Positions 1 to 9,386 of a DNA stretch of 44,611 nt are shown piece by piece (the stretch's first letter is position 1; each line of letters opens with the position of its first letter). A model generated the notes under the pieces. That model saw nothing but the letters and a program-made list of their open reading frames with translations, searched no databases and was not told the origin of the DNA. This stretch comes from Candidatus Oleincola secundus (GTDB taxonomy: Bacteria > Atribacterota > Phoenicimicrobiia > Phoenicimicrobiales > Stramentimicrobiaceae), in the NCBI GenBank assembly GCA_018400815.1, contig JAGYLS010000007.1:1-44611 (forward strand), read 5' to 3'. The translations under genes were made by a program, and so were the position numbers.

Positions 1-7
1 TAATTAT

Positions 8-973
8 TTAATTATTCTCCTGGGGGAAAAGTAATTTCCTAAAATCAAACCAGACATCAAATATACCAACCCAGGTAATCGCTAAAGAAAAGACTGGTTG
101 AATAAAGATAATAATATAAATTATCCAACATAAAAATGATTTTACTTTGTAATGACGTAAAATATAAGAAACAACTGCCAAGCCGGTAATCAAAAATATA
201 ATCGAGAATAATAGTTGAATATTTACACCAATTCTTCCCAGTACTGGTAAATTATATTTAGTATTTATCAATAGGATAAGTAATCCAAACAGGTAGCTCC
301 AAAAAAAAGACTTACTTGCCCGCCATTTATAAAAGGGCACAAAAGGCGCCAGATGATAACCAAATCGGCTCAATATTTTTCCAGCAACCCAATAATTAAT
401 TAAAGTATCAAATACCGAAGCAACAACCAGCATCGCCGGAAAAGCTATTTTAATTAACTCCACAGATTGCAAAAGAGAATTCTTAAGATCTGCTATTTGC
501 TCCGGATTCAAACCCATATTACCATAAAACGACAGACTTTGGTTGATACTTTGATCAATCTGTTCTAAACCCAGCAACAAAGGATTGACATCCATTAACC
601 ATAAACCAATCAACATTAAAAATATCTTTGAAATAAACGAAGTTATACTTCCGATAAGAAGTATTTCCAACAAAGAAAATTTTCTTTTGATGGCTACACC
701 CAGTGCAATCCCTAATGTTCCAAAACCCAACACACCAATCAATCCCTGGAAAGGTCCGGCTAACATACTAACCAGAAAAAAGGCTATTACTAAGGAAAGA
801 AAGGCAATCTTTATATTATGCCGTAAACACAAAATAATAATCGGTAAAGGGCATAAAAAACTAATCAAGGTCCCAAACAAAGGTATATACAGGCTGGCTA
901 AAAATAATATTACTGTAATCGCTGAAAGAAAGGCACCTTCAACAATTGACTTGGTCGGAATGCGCTCTTTCAA
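8..973 (-). CDS. yybS: YybS family (DUF2232) membrane protein
   Basis: 321 aa, multiple TM helices; N-terminal 'SIVEGAFLSAITVILFL' and C-terminal 'GIFDVWFDFRK' are typical; lies downstream of rpsR as in Firmicutes. Confidence 0.85.
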   Translation of the reverse strand: MKERIPTKSIVEGAFLSAITVILFLASLYIPLFGTLISFLCPLPIIILCLRHNIKIAFLSLVIAFFLVSMLAGPFQGLIGVLGFGTLGIALGVAIKRKFSLLEILLIGSITSFISKIFLMLIGLWLMDVNPLLLGLEQIDQSINQSLSFYGNMGLNPEQIADLKNSLLQSVELIKIAFPAMLVVASVFDTLINYWVAGKILSRFGYHLAPFVPFYKWRASKSFFWSYLFGLLILLINTKYNLPVLGRIGVNIQLLFSIIFLITGLAVVSYILRHYKVKSFLCWIIYIIIFIQPVFSLAITWVGIFDVWFDFRKLLFPQENN

Positions 974-1119
974 TGATTAAAACCCCTTTTATATTGCCCG
1001 TATTGCTTGTTAAAACCGTAAACAAGTTGTCATTTTGGCAACTTATAAAAATAAATTAATAATTTGTTCAATTTCTATTTCATTCTGCTAAATTTGCATT
1101 TAACCGAAAACCCAAATAA

Positions 1120-1356
1120 TTAACGATTAACATAAGGTAGCAAGGCAACTTCTCTGGCACGTTTAATAGCAATAGCCAAAGATCTCTGATGTTTCGCGCA
1201 ATTCCCCGTAACTCTTCGGGGCAATATTTTTCCCTGGTCGCTGATAAAACGATCTAGCAATTCAATACTTTTGTAATCTGCTACTTTTTTTTCGGCGCAA
1301 AAATAGCATACTTTTCTTCTTCTGCGAAATCCTCTATATGATTCTCTTCTTACCAT
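1120..1356 (-). CDS. rpsR: 30S ribosomal protein S18 (Zn-binding, CxxC form)
   Basis: 'RRRKVCYFC...DYK...[28 protein letters not shown]'. Confidence 0.98.
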   Translation of the reverse strand: MVRRESYRGFRRRRKVCYFCAEKKVADYKSIELLDRFISDQGKILPRRVTGNCAKHQRSLAIAIKRAREVALLPYVNR

Positions 1357-1371
1357 TCATTATTTCCTTCC

Positions 1372-1466
1372 TATATCAATGATAGTAATAAATATCGCAC
1401 CCGCATAGCGGGTGACTTTAACCATTACCACCTTCTTAGAAGGTGTTTTTTTCATGGTTAAATAAA
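1372..1466 (-). mobile_element. Miniature IS200/IS605-like palindromic element, copy 1 (two end hairpins fused)
   Basis: Hairpin CACCCGC-ATA-GCGGGTG directly followed by hairpin CACCTTC-TTA-GAAGGTG and ...CATGGTTAAATAAA; both parts recur at 1893-1946 and 2103-2159. Confidence 0.6.
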
Positions 1467-1486
1467 ATAATTTTTTTATCCATTGT

Positions 1487-1804
1487 TTATTGTTTTTGTT
1501 CTTTTTTAGAAAGAACTTTTTCTTGTCCAAGAACTAATAAATATCTGATTATTTTTTCTTCAAATTTAATACTTTTTTCGATATTAGCAATATTCTCAGG
1601 TTCTAACTCAAAATCAATGATAACATAAAAAGCTTCTCGGAATTTCTTAATATCGTAAGCTAATGTTCTTTTACCCCATTGATTTACTTTGATAATTTTA
1701 CCTTGATTATTTGCAATAGTTTGTTGGACTTCTTTAAGCAGAGCAGATATTTCTTCTTCTTGAAGATTGGGATCCAATAAGATCATCAGTTCATAATTTC
1801 GCAT
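1487..1804 (-). CDS. rpsF: 30S ribosomal protein S6
   Basis: 'MRNYELMILLDP...WGKRTLAYDIKK..EAFY...IIRYL'; SD AGGAGGTG upstream. Confidence 0.97.
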   Translation of the reverse strand: MRNYELMILLDPNLQEEEISALLKEVQQTIANNQGKIIKVNQWGKRTLAYDIKKFREAFYVIIDFELEPENIANIEKSIKFEEKIIRYLLVLGQEKVLSKKEQKQ

Positions 1805-1860
1805 TTGTTCACCTCCTTTTGGTCAAAATAGCCCCCACCTTTTTGGAAGGAGCAAGGAAA
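1805..1860 (-). promoter_or_regulatory. S6:S18 ribosomal protein leader (rpsF leader RNA)
   Basis: Minus strand reads UUUCCUUGCUCC...GGGGC...GACCAAAAGGAGGUGA; 5' UCCUU can sequester the SD and a CCA motif precedes it, as in the B. subtilis rpsF leader. Confidence 0.75.
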
Positions 1861-1871
1861 AATGCTTTCCT

Positions 1872-1900
1872 ATTATAGCACTGTGTTTTTTATATATCAA
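1872..1900 (-). promoter_or_regulatory. sigma70-type promoter of rpsF
   Basis: TTGATA (1900-1895), 17 bp spacer, TATAAT (1877-1872) with extended -10 TGc. Confidence 0.7.
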
Positions 1901-2159
1901 GATAGTAATAGAATAAATATCGCACCCGCATAGCGGGTGGCTTTAAAAACCTATAAAAGAGGTTTAACTTTTTAGCTTTTTTTATTTCGATTTTTGATTT
2001 AACCTTTAGCTATAATACTTCTTAAGTAATAGTACTTCCAACTTTGGACTTCAGGTGAAAAATTATCATATAGCTACTCATAATCTTTTTATGGTAAAAC
2101 CATTTATTTAACCATAAAAAACCAACTTCTTAGAAGATGGTTTTTTATGGTTAAATAAA
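1893..2159 (-). mobile_element. Miniature IS200/IS605-like element, copy 2 (end hairpins ~155 bp apart, no intact tnpA)
   Basis: Minus strand TTAAAGCCACCCGCTATGCGGGTGCGATATTTA at one end; 57-bp near-perfect palindrome TTTATTTAACCATAAAAAACCA...TGGTTTTTTATGGTTAAATAAA at the other. Confidence 0.6.
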
Positions 2160-2199
2160 CTCTCTTAAAACTAATATTATCTGTTAATATGCCTCAATA

Positions 2200-2388
2200 T
2201 TAATCTCTTTTAATTATTTGTTTTATTCTTTTCTCAATCTTTACTCGGGGAACCAACACTTTGCGCCCACAACAAAGACATTTTAATCCGATATCTATAC
2301 CAGTTCTGGTTACCTCCCAGTGGTAACCTCCACATGGATGTTTCTTTTTCAATTTAATAATATCGCCAATTCTTAATTCAAGTGGCAT
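2200..2388 (-). CDS. DUF951 (YyzM-like) protein
   Basis: 'GDIIKLKKKHPCGG..WEVTRTGIDIGLKC..CGR'. Confidence 0.92.
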   Translation of the reverse strand: MPLELRIGDIIKLKKKHPCGGYHWEVTRTGIDIGLKCLCCGRKVLVPRVKIEKRIKQIIKRD

Positions 2389-2406
2389 CTATAACACCTA
2401 TTATTT

Positions 2407-3690
2407 CTAAATTTCCAGATTTTTAATTAAACTGTTTTTATTAATTTTTCTTTCATTTGGATAGAAAATGACCAGATTGATTTTATTGCTTAGAAAAATA
2501 TTTTCTGCTAGTTTTCTTATATCTTCGGATTGAACATTTTCAATTCTCTCCATCAATTCTTGGTATCGATACTCTTTTTTATATAACAATAGATGGCTTC
2601 CAATTCGAAAGGCATGGTTGAGTGTATTTTCCAACCCTAACAAGATGCTGCCTTTATACATTTCCTTAGCTTTTCGAAGCTCCTTAGTATTGATTTTATT
2701 ATCCTTAAGTTTTTTTAATTCCAATAATATTTTTTCAATACTAGAGACCATTTTCTCGGGGTCTACACCAGCATAGATGTTGAAAGAACCTGTTTGATCA
2801 AAATACTGGGTATAGGAATGAATATCATAGGCTAGCCCTTCTTTTACACGAATTTCCTGAAATAATCTCGAGCTAAGACCTGCGCCCAGGATAATATTGA
2901 GTAGATCCATGGCAATTTTATCCGGATGAAATCTGGAAACACCTTCAAAAGCAAAACATAAATGAGTTTGATTTACTTTTTTTGGTGATACCAATAACTC
3001 AGGAGCTATCTGTTCTTTAAAATAAATTTTTGGTACATTTTCATGTATTGTCTTCTTTGGAACAAAAGGTGAACTCTTAATTACCTCTTGAACTATTTGC
3101 GAAGAAATATTACCAGTAATACCAATAACCATATTTTTTGGTTGATACATTCCATTAAAATATTGTAATATTTTCGTACGATTAAATTCTCTGACTGTCT
3201 TTTTTTCCCCCAAAACATTCTGACCTAACACAGTGTCCTTCCATAATAATTGGTTTATTAAAAAACTTATCCAATCTTCAGGTATATCCTGATATTTATT
3301 AATTTCTTCAATGATAACAGGCTTTTCATGAGCAATATCTTCTTCTCTAAAAAGAGAATAATTTAAGATATCAGACATTACTTCGAAGGCACTGGCAAAA
3401 TTCTTGTAGAGTACTTTGCTATACAAAAAAGTAGATTCTTCTGAAGTAGAGGCATTGATTTCTCCGCCTAATTCTTCAATACATTGAGATATTTCCAGGG
3501 TATTTCTTCTTTTCTCAGTTCCTTTAAAAAGCATATGTTCAATAAAATGAGAAATACCTCGCTGTGTACTATTTTCATATAATGAACCGGCCTTAATCCC
3601 TATTACGATTGACACTGAACGCATATGAGGTATTGAGCAGCTGATTACATTTAATCCATTGTCCAACTTAATTAATTCTGTCTTGCACAT
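2407..3690 (-). CDS. M16 family (pitrilysin-like) zinc peptidase
   Basis: HxxEH motif 'SHFIEHMLFKGT'; 'SSRLFQEIR..GLAY'. Confidence 0.93.
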   Translation of the reverse strand: MCKTELIKLDNGLNVISCSIPHMRSVSIVIGIKAGSLYENSTQRGISHFIEHMLFKGTEKRRNTLEISQCIEELGGEINASTSEESTFLYSKVLYKNFASAFEVMSDILNYSLFREEDIAHEKPVIIEEINKYQDIPEDWISFLINQLLWKDTVLGQNVLGEKKTVREFNRTKILQYFNGMYQPKNMVIGITGNISSQIVQEVIKSSPFVPKKTIHENVPKIYFKEQIAPELLVSPKKVNQTHLCFAFEGVSRFHPDKIAMDLLNIILGAGLSSRLFQEIRVKEGLAYDIHSYTQYFDQTGSFNIYAGVDPEKMVSSIEKILLELKKLKDNKINTKELRKAKEMYKGSILLGLENTLNHAFRIGSHLLLYKKEYRYQELMERIENVQSEDIRKLAENIFLSNKINLVIFYPNERKINKNSLIKNLEI

Positions 3691-3721
3691 ATTTACTTAA
3701 TTTCTCCTAAATCTTATAATT

Positions 3722-4561
3722 TTAATCTAGCCTTTTTACCACAAAAACTTCTTCCAATTTATTAAAATCCACTTCCGGTTTTACTAATATTCTCTGGAAA
3801 AGATCATGTTTTTCTTTTTTAATAGCCATAACACGACCGATTATAATACCCTTTGGTACCGAACTTCCCATCCCGGAAGTAACAACAATATCATTTATTT
3901 GGATATCTGCATCATGAGCTATATAATCAAGGAAACAATAGACACCATCCGTTCCCCCTTTAATTACACCAATTTCCCGGGAACGTTGTACCATAGCACC
4001 TACGGAACATCCCTGATCTAATAATAAAAGCACCTTTGAAGTATTTTCTTCTGACTGAATCACCTTTCCTACAAGACCATTATAAGTAGCTACCCCCATA
4101 TCAGTTTCTACTTCATCCTTAATTCCTCTATCAATAATAACGCTGTGGAACCAATTGCTGGGTTCTCTCCCAATCACTTGAGCTCCAATCATATCATAAG
4201 AATAGTATTCTTTAAACTCTACCATCTTTATTAATCGGTCATAGGCTGCCAATTTCTCCATCGCAATAGCATTTTCTTGAGAAATAAGTTGATTTTCACT
4301 GCGTAATTGTTCATTTTCCTGACGAATTTTCTCTATTTCGGTAAATATATGAAAATAATTGATAAAATTATTAACGGTTTGATAGATAGTTCTGTTTATG
4401 GGTTTAAAAATCATTATACCCACATCTTCAACTAATCCAAAAAATCCTTTGTCATGATAATCTACTGTTATAATCAGGGCAGACAAGAGAAATAAGCATA
4501 TAAACAAGATGAGCGCCCTTCGTTCTTTAGAAAACCTATACAATTTACACACTCCATTCAT
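3722..4561 (-). CDS. mreC: Rod shape-determining protein MreC
   Basis: N-terminal TM plus coiled coil; 'IIDRG...GLVGKV', 'VVTSGMG..PKGI.IGRV', 'KPEVDFNKLEEV'; follows mreB. Confidence 0.95.
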   Translation of the reverse strand: MNGVCKLYRFSKERRALILFICLFLLSALIITVDYHDKGFFGLVEDVGIMIFKPINRTIYQTVNNFINYFHIFTEIEKIRQENEQLRSENQLISQENAIAMEKLAAYDRLIKMVEFKEYYSYDMIGAQVIGREPSNWFHSVIIDRGIKDEVETDMGVATYNGLVGKVIQSEENTSKVLLLLDQGCSVGAMVQRSREIGVIKGGTDGVYCFLDYIAHDADIQINDIVVTSGMGSSVPKGIIIGRVMAIKKEKHDLFQRILVKPEVDFNKLEEVFVVKRLD

Positions 4562-4602
4562 AGCTGTAAGAATTGTAGTTCTGTCACTATAACTATTTTG
4601 AG

Positions 4603-5640
4603 TTACCTGCTTTTTATACTTCTTTGTAAAACCCGATGGTATTTTTCAAAATTTTCCAAAGCTTCCCCTGTACCTTTAACCACACAATATAACGGTTCCT
4701 TTGATAAAAAAACTGGAATTTCAATCTGTTCCTGCAACACCTCATCCAAACCAGCCAATAACGAACCTCCACCTGTCATAATTAATCCTTTATTGATTAT
4801 ATCTGATACAAGTTCGGGAGGGGTTTTTTCAAGGGTTAATTTCACTGTATTAGCAATTGTCTTTACTGAATCAGAAAGTGCTTCCTTTAATTCACTTTTG
4901 GCCAATTTTATTCTTATAGGTAACCCGCTGAGGCGATCTCTGCCTTTTACTTCGTAATAATCATTTTCATCTTTGGAATTCTTATTGGAAAGTGATATTT
5001 TTAATGATTCAGCTGTTAAATCACCTACAAATAAACCATGTTTATCTTTGATATACTTACTAATTTGTTGATTTAGATAGTCGCCTGCTACCTTTGACAT
5101 TTCATTTACCACAATTCCTCCCAAAGAAATAACGGCAACTTCAGTTGTCCCTCCACCAATATCTATAATTAAATTACCCATAGGTTCAAAGATAGGCAAT
5201 CCTGCACCTATGGCTGCTGCAATAGGTTCTTCTATTAAAAATACCCGATGGGAACCACACTCATAAGCAACTTCAGAAACTGCCCTTTTTTCTACCTCAG
5301 TAACCCCTGAAGGAACGCAAATAGTAATTGACGGTTTGATAAACTGATTTCTTTTGAATATTTTTTTTATAAAATATCGTATCATTGCTGCTGTCACTTC
5401 AAAATTAGCAATCACACCATACTGTAATGGGCGGACAGTGTAAACACCCCGGGGTGTCCTTCCAATCATTGCCCTGGCTTCTTTTCCGACCTTCAAAATA
5501 TGATTATCTTTTTTTTCAAAAGCTACTACAGAAGGCTCCTCTAAGATAATACCCCTTCCTTTGACATAAACCAGCGTTGTGGCAGTGCCCAGATCGATAC
5601 CGATATTCCGGGAAAAAGAGGAAAAAAGAATATTAAACAT
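4603..5640 (-). CDS. mreB: Rod shape-determining protein MreB/Mbl
   Basis: 'IGIDLGTAT', 'EEPIAAAIGAG', 'IDIGGGTTE', 'TGGGSLL'; start placed at ATG 5640 behind SD AAGGAG. Confidence 0.95.
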   Translation of the reverse strand: MFNILFSSFSRNIGIDLGTATTLVYVKGRGIILEEPSVVAFEKKDNHILKVGKEARAMIGRTPRGVYTVRPLQYGVIANFEVTAAMIRYFIKKIFKRNQFIKPSITICVPSGVTEVEKRAVSEVAYECGSHRVFLIEEPIAAAIGAGLPIFEPMGNLIIDIGGGTTEVAVISLGGIVVNEMSKVAGDYLNQQISKYIKDKHGLFVGDLTAESLKISLSNKNSKDENDYYEVKGRDRLSGLPIRIKLAKSELKEALSDSVKTIANTVKLTLEKTPPELVSDIINKGLIMTGGGSLLAGLDEVLQEQIEIPVFLSKEPLYCVVKGTGEALENFEKYHRVLQRSIKSR

Positions 5641-5977
5641 CAATTGAACTCCTTTGATATATATTAAGCAATAAAAGTTTTCAAATCTTGGCTGCACTAA
5701 ATTATTTTTTATGTTATTATATTATAAATATTTACGTCTACGGGTCTCCCGTAATTATATAATAAAATATAAAATTTTAGCAATTGATCCTTGATAATTT
5801 TAACACATCTAATAAATAATTTTTTGGATAAATACTATACTAACATAGACCTAGAGGAAAAAGAACTAATATCATATTAGCAATCATATTATAAAATGAA
5901 AATTATCCCAAATAATAAAAAAAATAAAATTAAATTTTTCAATTTTTAATTTAATTTTTTAAGTAGGTATTTGATTT

Positions 5978-7264
5978 ATGAATCAATTATTTTTAACTAT
6001 TTTAATCATCAGGTATTGTTTATTTTTTTTATTTTTACCAATAGACGCCTCCGAACAACTTCCTCATTCTTAGAGCAATAGTGGTTATTTTCCTGGCCTG
6101 CACTTCCTTGATGCTGCTGTTAGTTATATCGATTTTACAAAGTTGGGAATTATTATCGGGATGATGATTCTAACCACTACTGTTAAAGATAAGTGGACTA
6201 TTCCAGTTCTTGGAAGTAATTAGAATGATGCGTCTTAGCTATGGCAATCCATGGACTTTATCTGTTCTCCTGTCAATCTTAACAGGTATCTATCATCCGT
6301 TTTTGATTGAAATTACCACACTACTTTTATGACAAATATCACTCTGCAATAACCTCTATTTTAGAAATATCATCAGTACCTTCTTAATATCACAAATTAT
6401 TTTTAAAATATTGGTGGCATGGCTACTATCTGGGAACACCTGCTAATATTATGATTGGCTCAGCAGCTACAATTTTTGCTTTTTTTGATTTTGTATTTTA
6501 TCACACTGCGCCTATTGCTGTTATTTTTCCTTAACTATAATCAGTATCTATTATTTCAAAAATAATTTTTGGAAAAATAATCCTAAAAATAAAGCTCCCT
6601 TGAAATTATTGAAAATTTTGATAAAATTAATGAAAGGGATGTAATTGTTAATCAAGGACTATTCAGAAAGACAATATTTTGTTATTTCACCTTCATATTT
6701 TTCTTGCATTGTTTTCTCACATCTTTCAGCTTTAATTTGTAGTAATTGTTCTCTGGCAGCTCTTGTACTTCTATTCTTAACTCCTGAAAAAAATGTACAC
6801 TCAATTTATTCACAAATAGACTGTAGCTATCATTTTATAATTGGTCTCAATATACTTGTTTCGGCACACTAGAAGAGCATGGAATTATTAACATATTATT
6901 GAAAAATTTATTGCAAATAATCAAAGAAAATCCCATTTCTAACTTCCTCTTTTCACTTCTAATACTTTTTATCATCTTTTTGGATAATATTCCTATTATC
7001 AACTTTGCATATATTCCTATTGCTAAAGATATTATGTGTAAGAAATACCTATGCTAGACCCTATCATTTCTGATTACAATGTTCATTGCATCAAACATCG
7101 GGGCAAATGGAACTCTTGTCGGAACAGCTTCCAACTTAATTGTTGCCGATATTGCTGAAAAATAATCAACGCATTTATTTCTGGTATTTCTTCCGAATTG
7201 ATTTCCCCTATATTATCCATTCTATACTCTATTCATTTATATTTATTTGCGCTATTTATCTTAA
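5978..7264 (+). pseudogene. Degraded ArsB/NhaD/SLC13 (ion transporter superfamily) permease
   Basis: Fragments in changing frames: 'NIGGMAT..GTPANIMIGSAA' (~6408-6470), 'ASNIGANGTLVGTASNLIVADIAEK' (~7087-7162), C-terminal 'YIYLRYLS*'; many stops and frameshifts. Confidence 0.8.
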
Positions 7265-7377
7265 AAACAAATTTAATCCTTATCAGCAGATAAATATTTT
7301 AAAATATATTAAATAAATGTTAAAATATCTTCTTATGACTCTTTTTTATCTAACTAGAACTTAACTAAATTTACTAA

Positions 7378-7905
7378 TTAGTGATATCGTTTTACTTCAA
7401 ACCTGGACAATTGTATTTTTTCTCCCGGAAAAATTCCAGCTTTTCGTTTGGCAATTTCTATCTGATATTCTGCAGAATCAACCCCCTCTAAATTTGGTAA
7501 AAGAAGGCCTTTTTTAAAGCCACTACTAACAATAACACCATATTTCCTGGGATCGAGCAGGGAAATATCATCAATCTCTTCCGGGGGAGACAAAATATCC
7601 ACTGAGATTGACAAGAAATCAACCTCTTCCATAGTTACCGGAGGAAATCTAGGGTCACGAGTAGCAGCACTAACCGCATTTTCAATAATTTCCAAAGCAA
7701 TATTATTTTGGGTTGGCATAAAGGTGCCAATACAGCCACGCAAATGTCCATCCTTTTTTAAAGAAACAAAAACACCGGCTTGATTTTGGGTTAATTCTGC
7801 AGAAAGATGTTCAGGTTGTTTTAACATTTTGCTTGTTTTTAAGTAGCATATAATGCTTTCCCTGGCTAATTGAACCGGTATACTTTCTTCTCTTTTTTTA
7901 CTCAT
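7378..7905 (-). CDS. AMMECR1-domain protein (AmmeMemoRadiSam protein A)
   Basis: 'GVFVSL..G.LRGCIGT', 'AATRDPRFPPV', 'GLLLP'; start placed at ATG 7905 behind AGGAG. Confidence 0.93.
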   Translation of the reverse strand: MSKKREESIPVQLARESIICYLKTSKMLKQPEHLSAELTQNQAGVFVSLKKDGHLRGCIGTFMPTQNNIALEIIENAVSAATRDPRFPPVTMEEVDFLSISVDILSPPEEIDDISLLDPRKYGVIVSSGFKKGLLLPNLEGVDSAEYQIEIAKRKAGIFPGEKIQLSRFEVKRYH

Positions 7906-7983
7906 TATAGGCCAACTCCTTTTCAATAAATTAGTTGATTTAGTTATTTAAATCAGATTCAAAAATTATTTATCTGTATATAT

Positions 7984-8993
7984 TTAACATATTCTGGGTA
8001 ATTGCTGTCCACTGAGCATTCCTATCACTCTTTTTCCACCAATGTCTGTTCTAAGATAAACTTCACTCCGGTCTTCTGATACTACCCTTCCGATAATTTT
8101 AGATTGCTCTCCGTATTGACAGTTTTTCATTTTTTTCAGTATTTTTCGGCATGCTTTTCTGGCACAAATGCAATTAATTTACCCTCATTGGCCAAATATA
8201 GAGGATCATAGCCCAAAATTTCACAAGTGTCTTTTACCATTTCCTGAATAGGAATCTTTTCTTCCTCAATTTCAATTTCTACCTTAGATGACTGAGCAAT
8301 TTCGTTCAAAGCTGTAGCCAAACCTCCGCGGGTAGGATCTCTCAAAACATGTATTTCTTTAGTTACAGATAACATTTGATAAACTAAATCGGACAAAGGG
8401 GCTGTGTCACTTGAAATTGCCTGATCAAGTTGAAGATTCTCGCGGGAAGCTAAAATACTAATGCCATGATTGCCTATTGGTCCATTTACGATAATTATAT
8501 CCCCTTCCCGGGCTTGTTTGGCATTTATATTAACATCCAAATCAATATAACCAATTCCGGTTGTATTAATAAATATCCCGTCAACATCGCCCTTATTGAC
8601 TACCTTGGTGTCTCCGGTAACCACATTAACGCCGACCTTCTTTGCCGCTTCAGCCATACTGCAGGTAATTTGCTCCAAAAGCTCAATAGAAACTCCTTCT
8701 TCTATAATAAAAGAAGTACTGAGATATTTTGGCCTTGCCCCACACATGGCTACATCATTAACCGTTCCATGAATCGCCAAATGACCAATATTACCTCCTG
8801 AAAAAAACAAGGGGCTGATGGTGTAAGAATCGGTTGACAAAGCTATTTTTTTATCCGTTGGTGGCAAAACGGCACCATCGTGAAGTTGATTTAAAATGGG
8901 ATTGTTGAAATATTTTAGGAAGACCGAATGAATCAACTGATTGGAAACCTTTCCACCGCTTCCGTGATCAAGAGTTATTATTTGTGTGTTCAT
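7984..8993 (-). pseudogene. hypE: Hydrogenase maturation protein HypE, 1-bp frameshift near the 3' end
   Basis: 'HGSGG', 'TDSY..PLFF.GG.IG.LA.HGTVND', 'RDPTRGGL', 'LANEGK'; frame stops at 8136, but another frame continues to '...GQQLPRIC*' ending at 7984. Confidence 0.9.
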
Positions 8994-9051
8994 TATTTAC
9001 TCTCCTATTATTGCAATGGCTATGTTTGTAGATTCTATTTTTGATAAAATT

Positions 9052-9082
9052 AGTATTCAGTATCGGGTATCGTGTATCGAGT
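9052..9082 (+). repeat. Heptamer tandem array (NGTATCG)x4
   Basis: agtattc agtatcg ggtatcg tgtatcg agt. Confidence 0.85.
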
Positions 9083-9351
9083 CCAAATACTAAGAAACAA
9101 GGCAAACTTTTAAATATCTTTCTGATTATATTGCTTGTCTAATCTAATTCCTGGATTAGTTTTAAATTATTCGATAAAATATATTAATTTACTGATTTTT
9201 TCCACTTTTATTTTCATTTATTGGATGTAAAGTATAAGAAAAAGATAATTTTATAATAATTAAATTAATAAAATGTCTTTTTGGAGAGTTTGTAAGTTGA
9301 CTTTTGATACAGCATCTCGATACTAGCTTGCTTTCATTTATCCTTACAGTA

Positions 9352-9386
9352 TTTTACTACATACCCGATACTCATGACCCGATACT
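9352..9386 (-). repeat. Heptamer tandem array, inverted relative to 9052-9082, overlapping the hypD stop
   Basis: ttttact acatacc cgatact catgacc cgatact. Confidence 0.8.

Noticed and set aside
1947..2102. tnpA remnant inside mini-element copy 2
   Set aside because: No HUH or catalytic Tyr motif recognisable in the short frames I translated; a blastx would be needed.
6645..6872. 75-aa ORF as an independent gene
   Set aside because: It lies inside the permease pseudogene and is a fragment of it.
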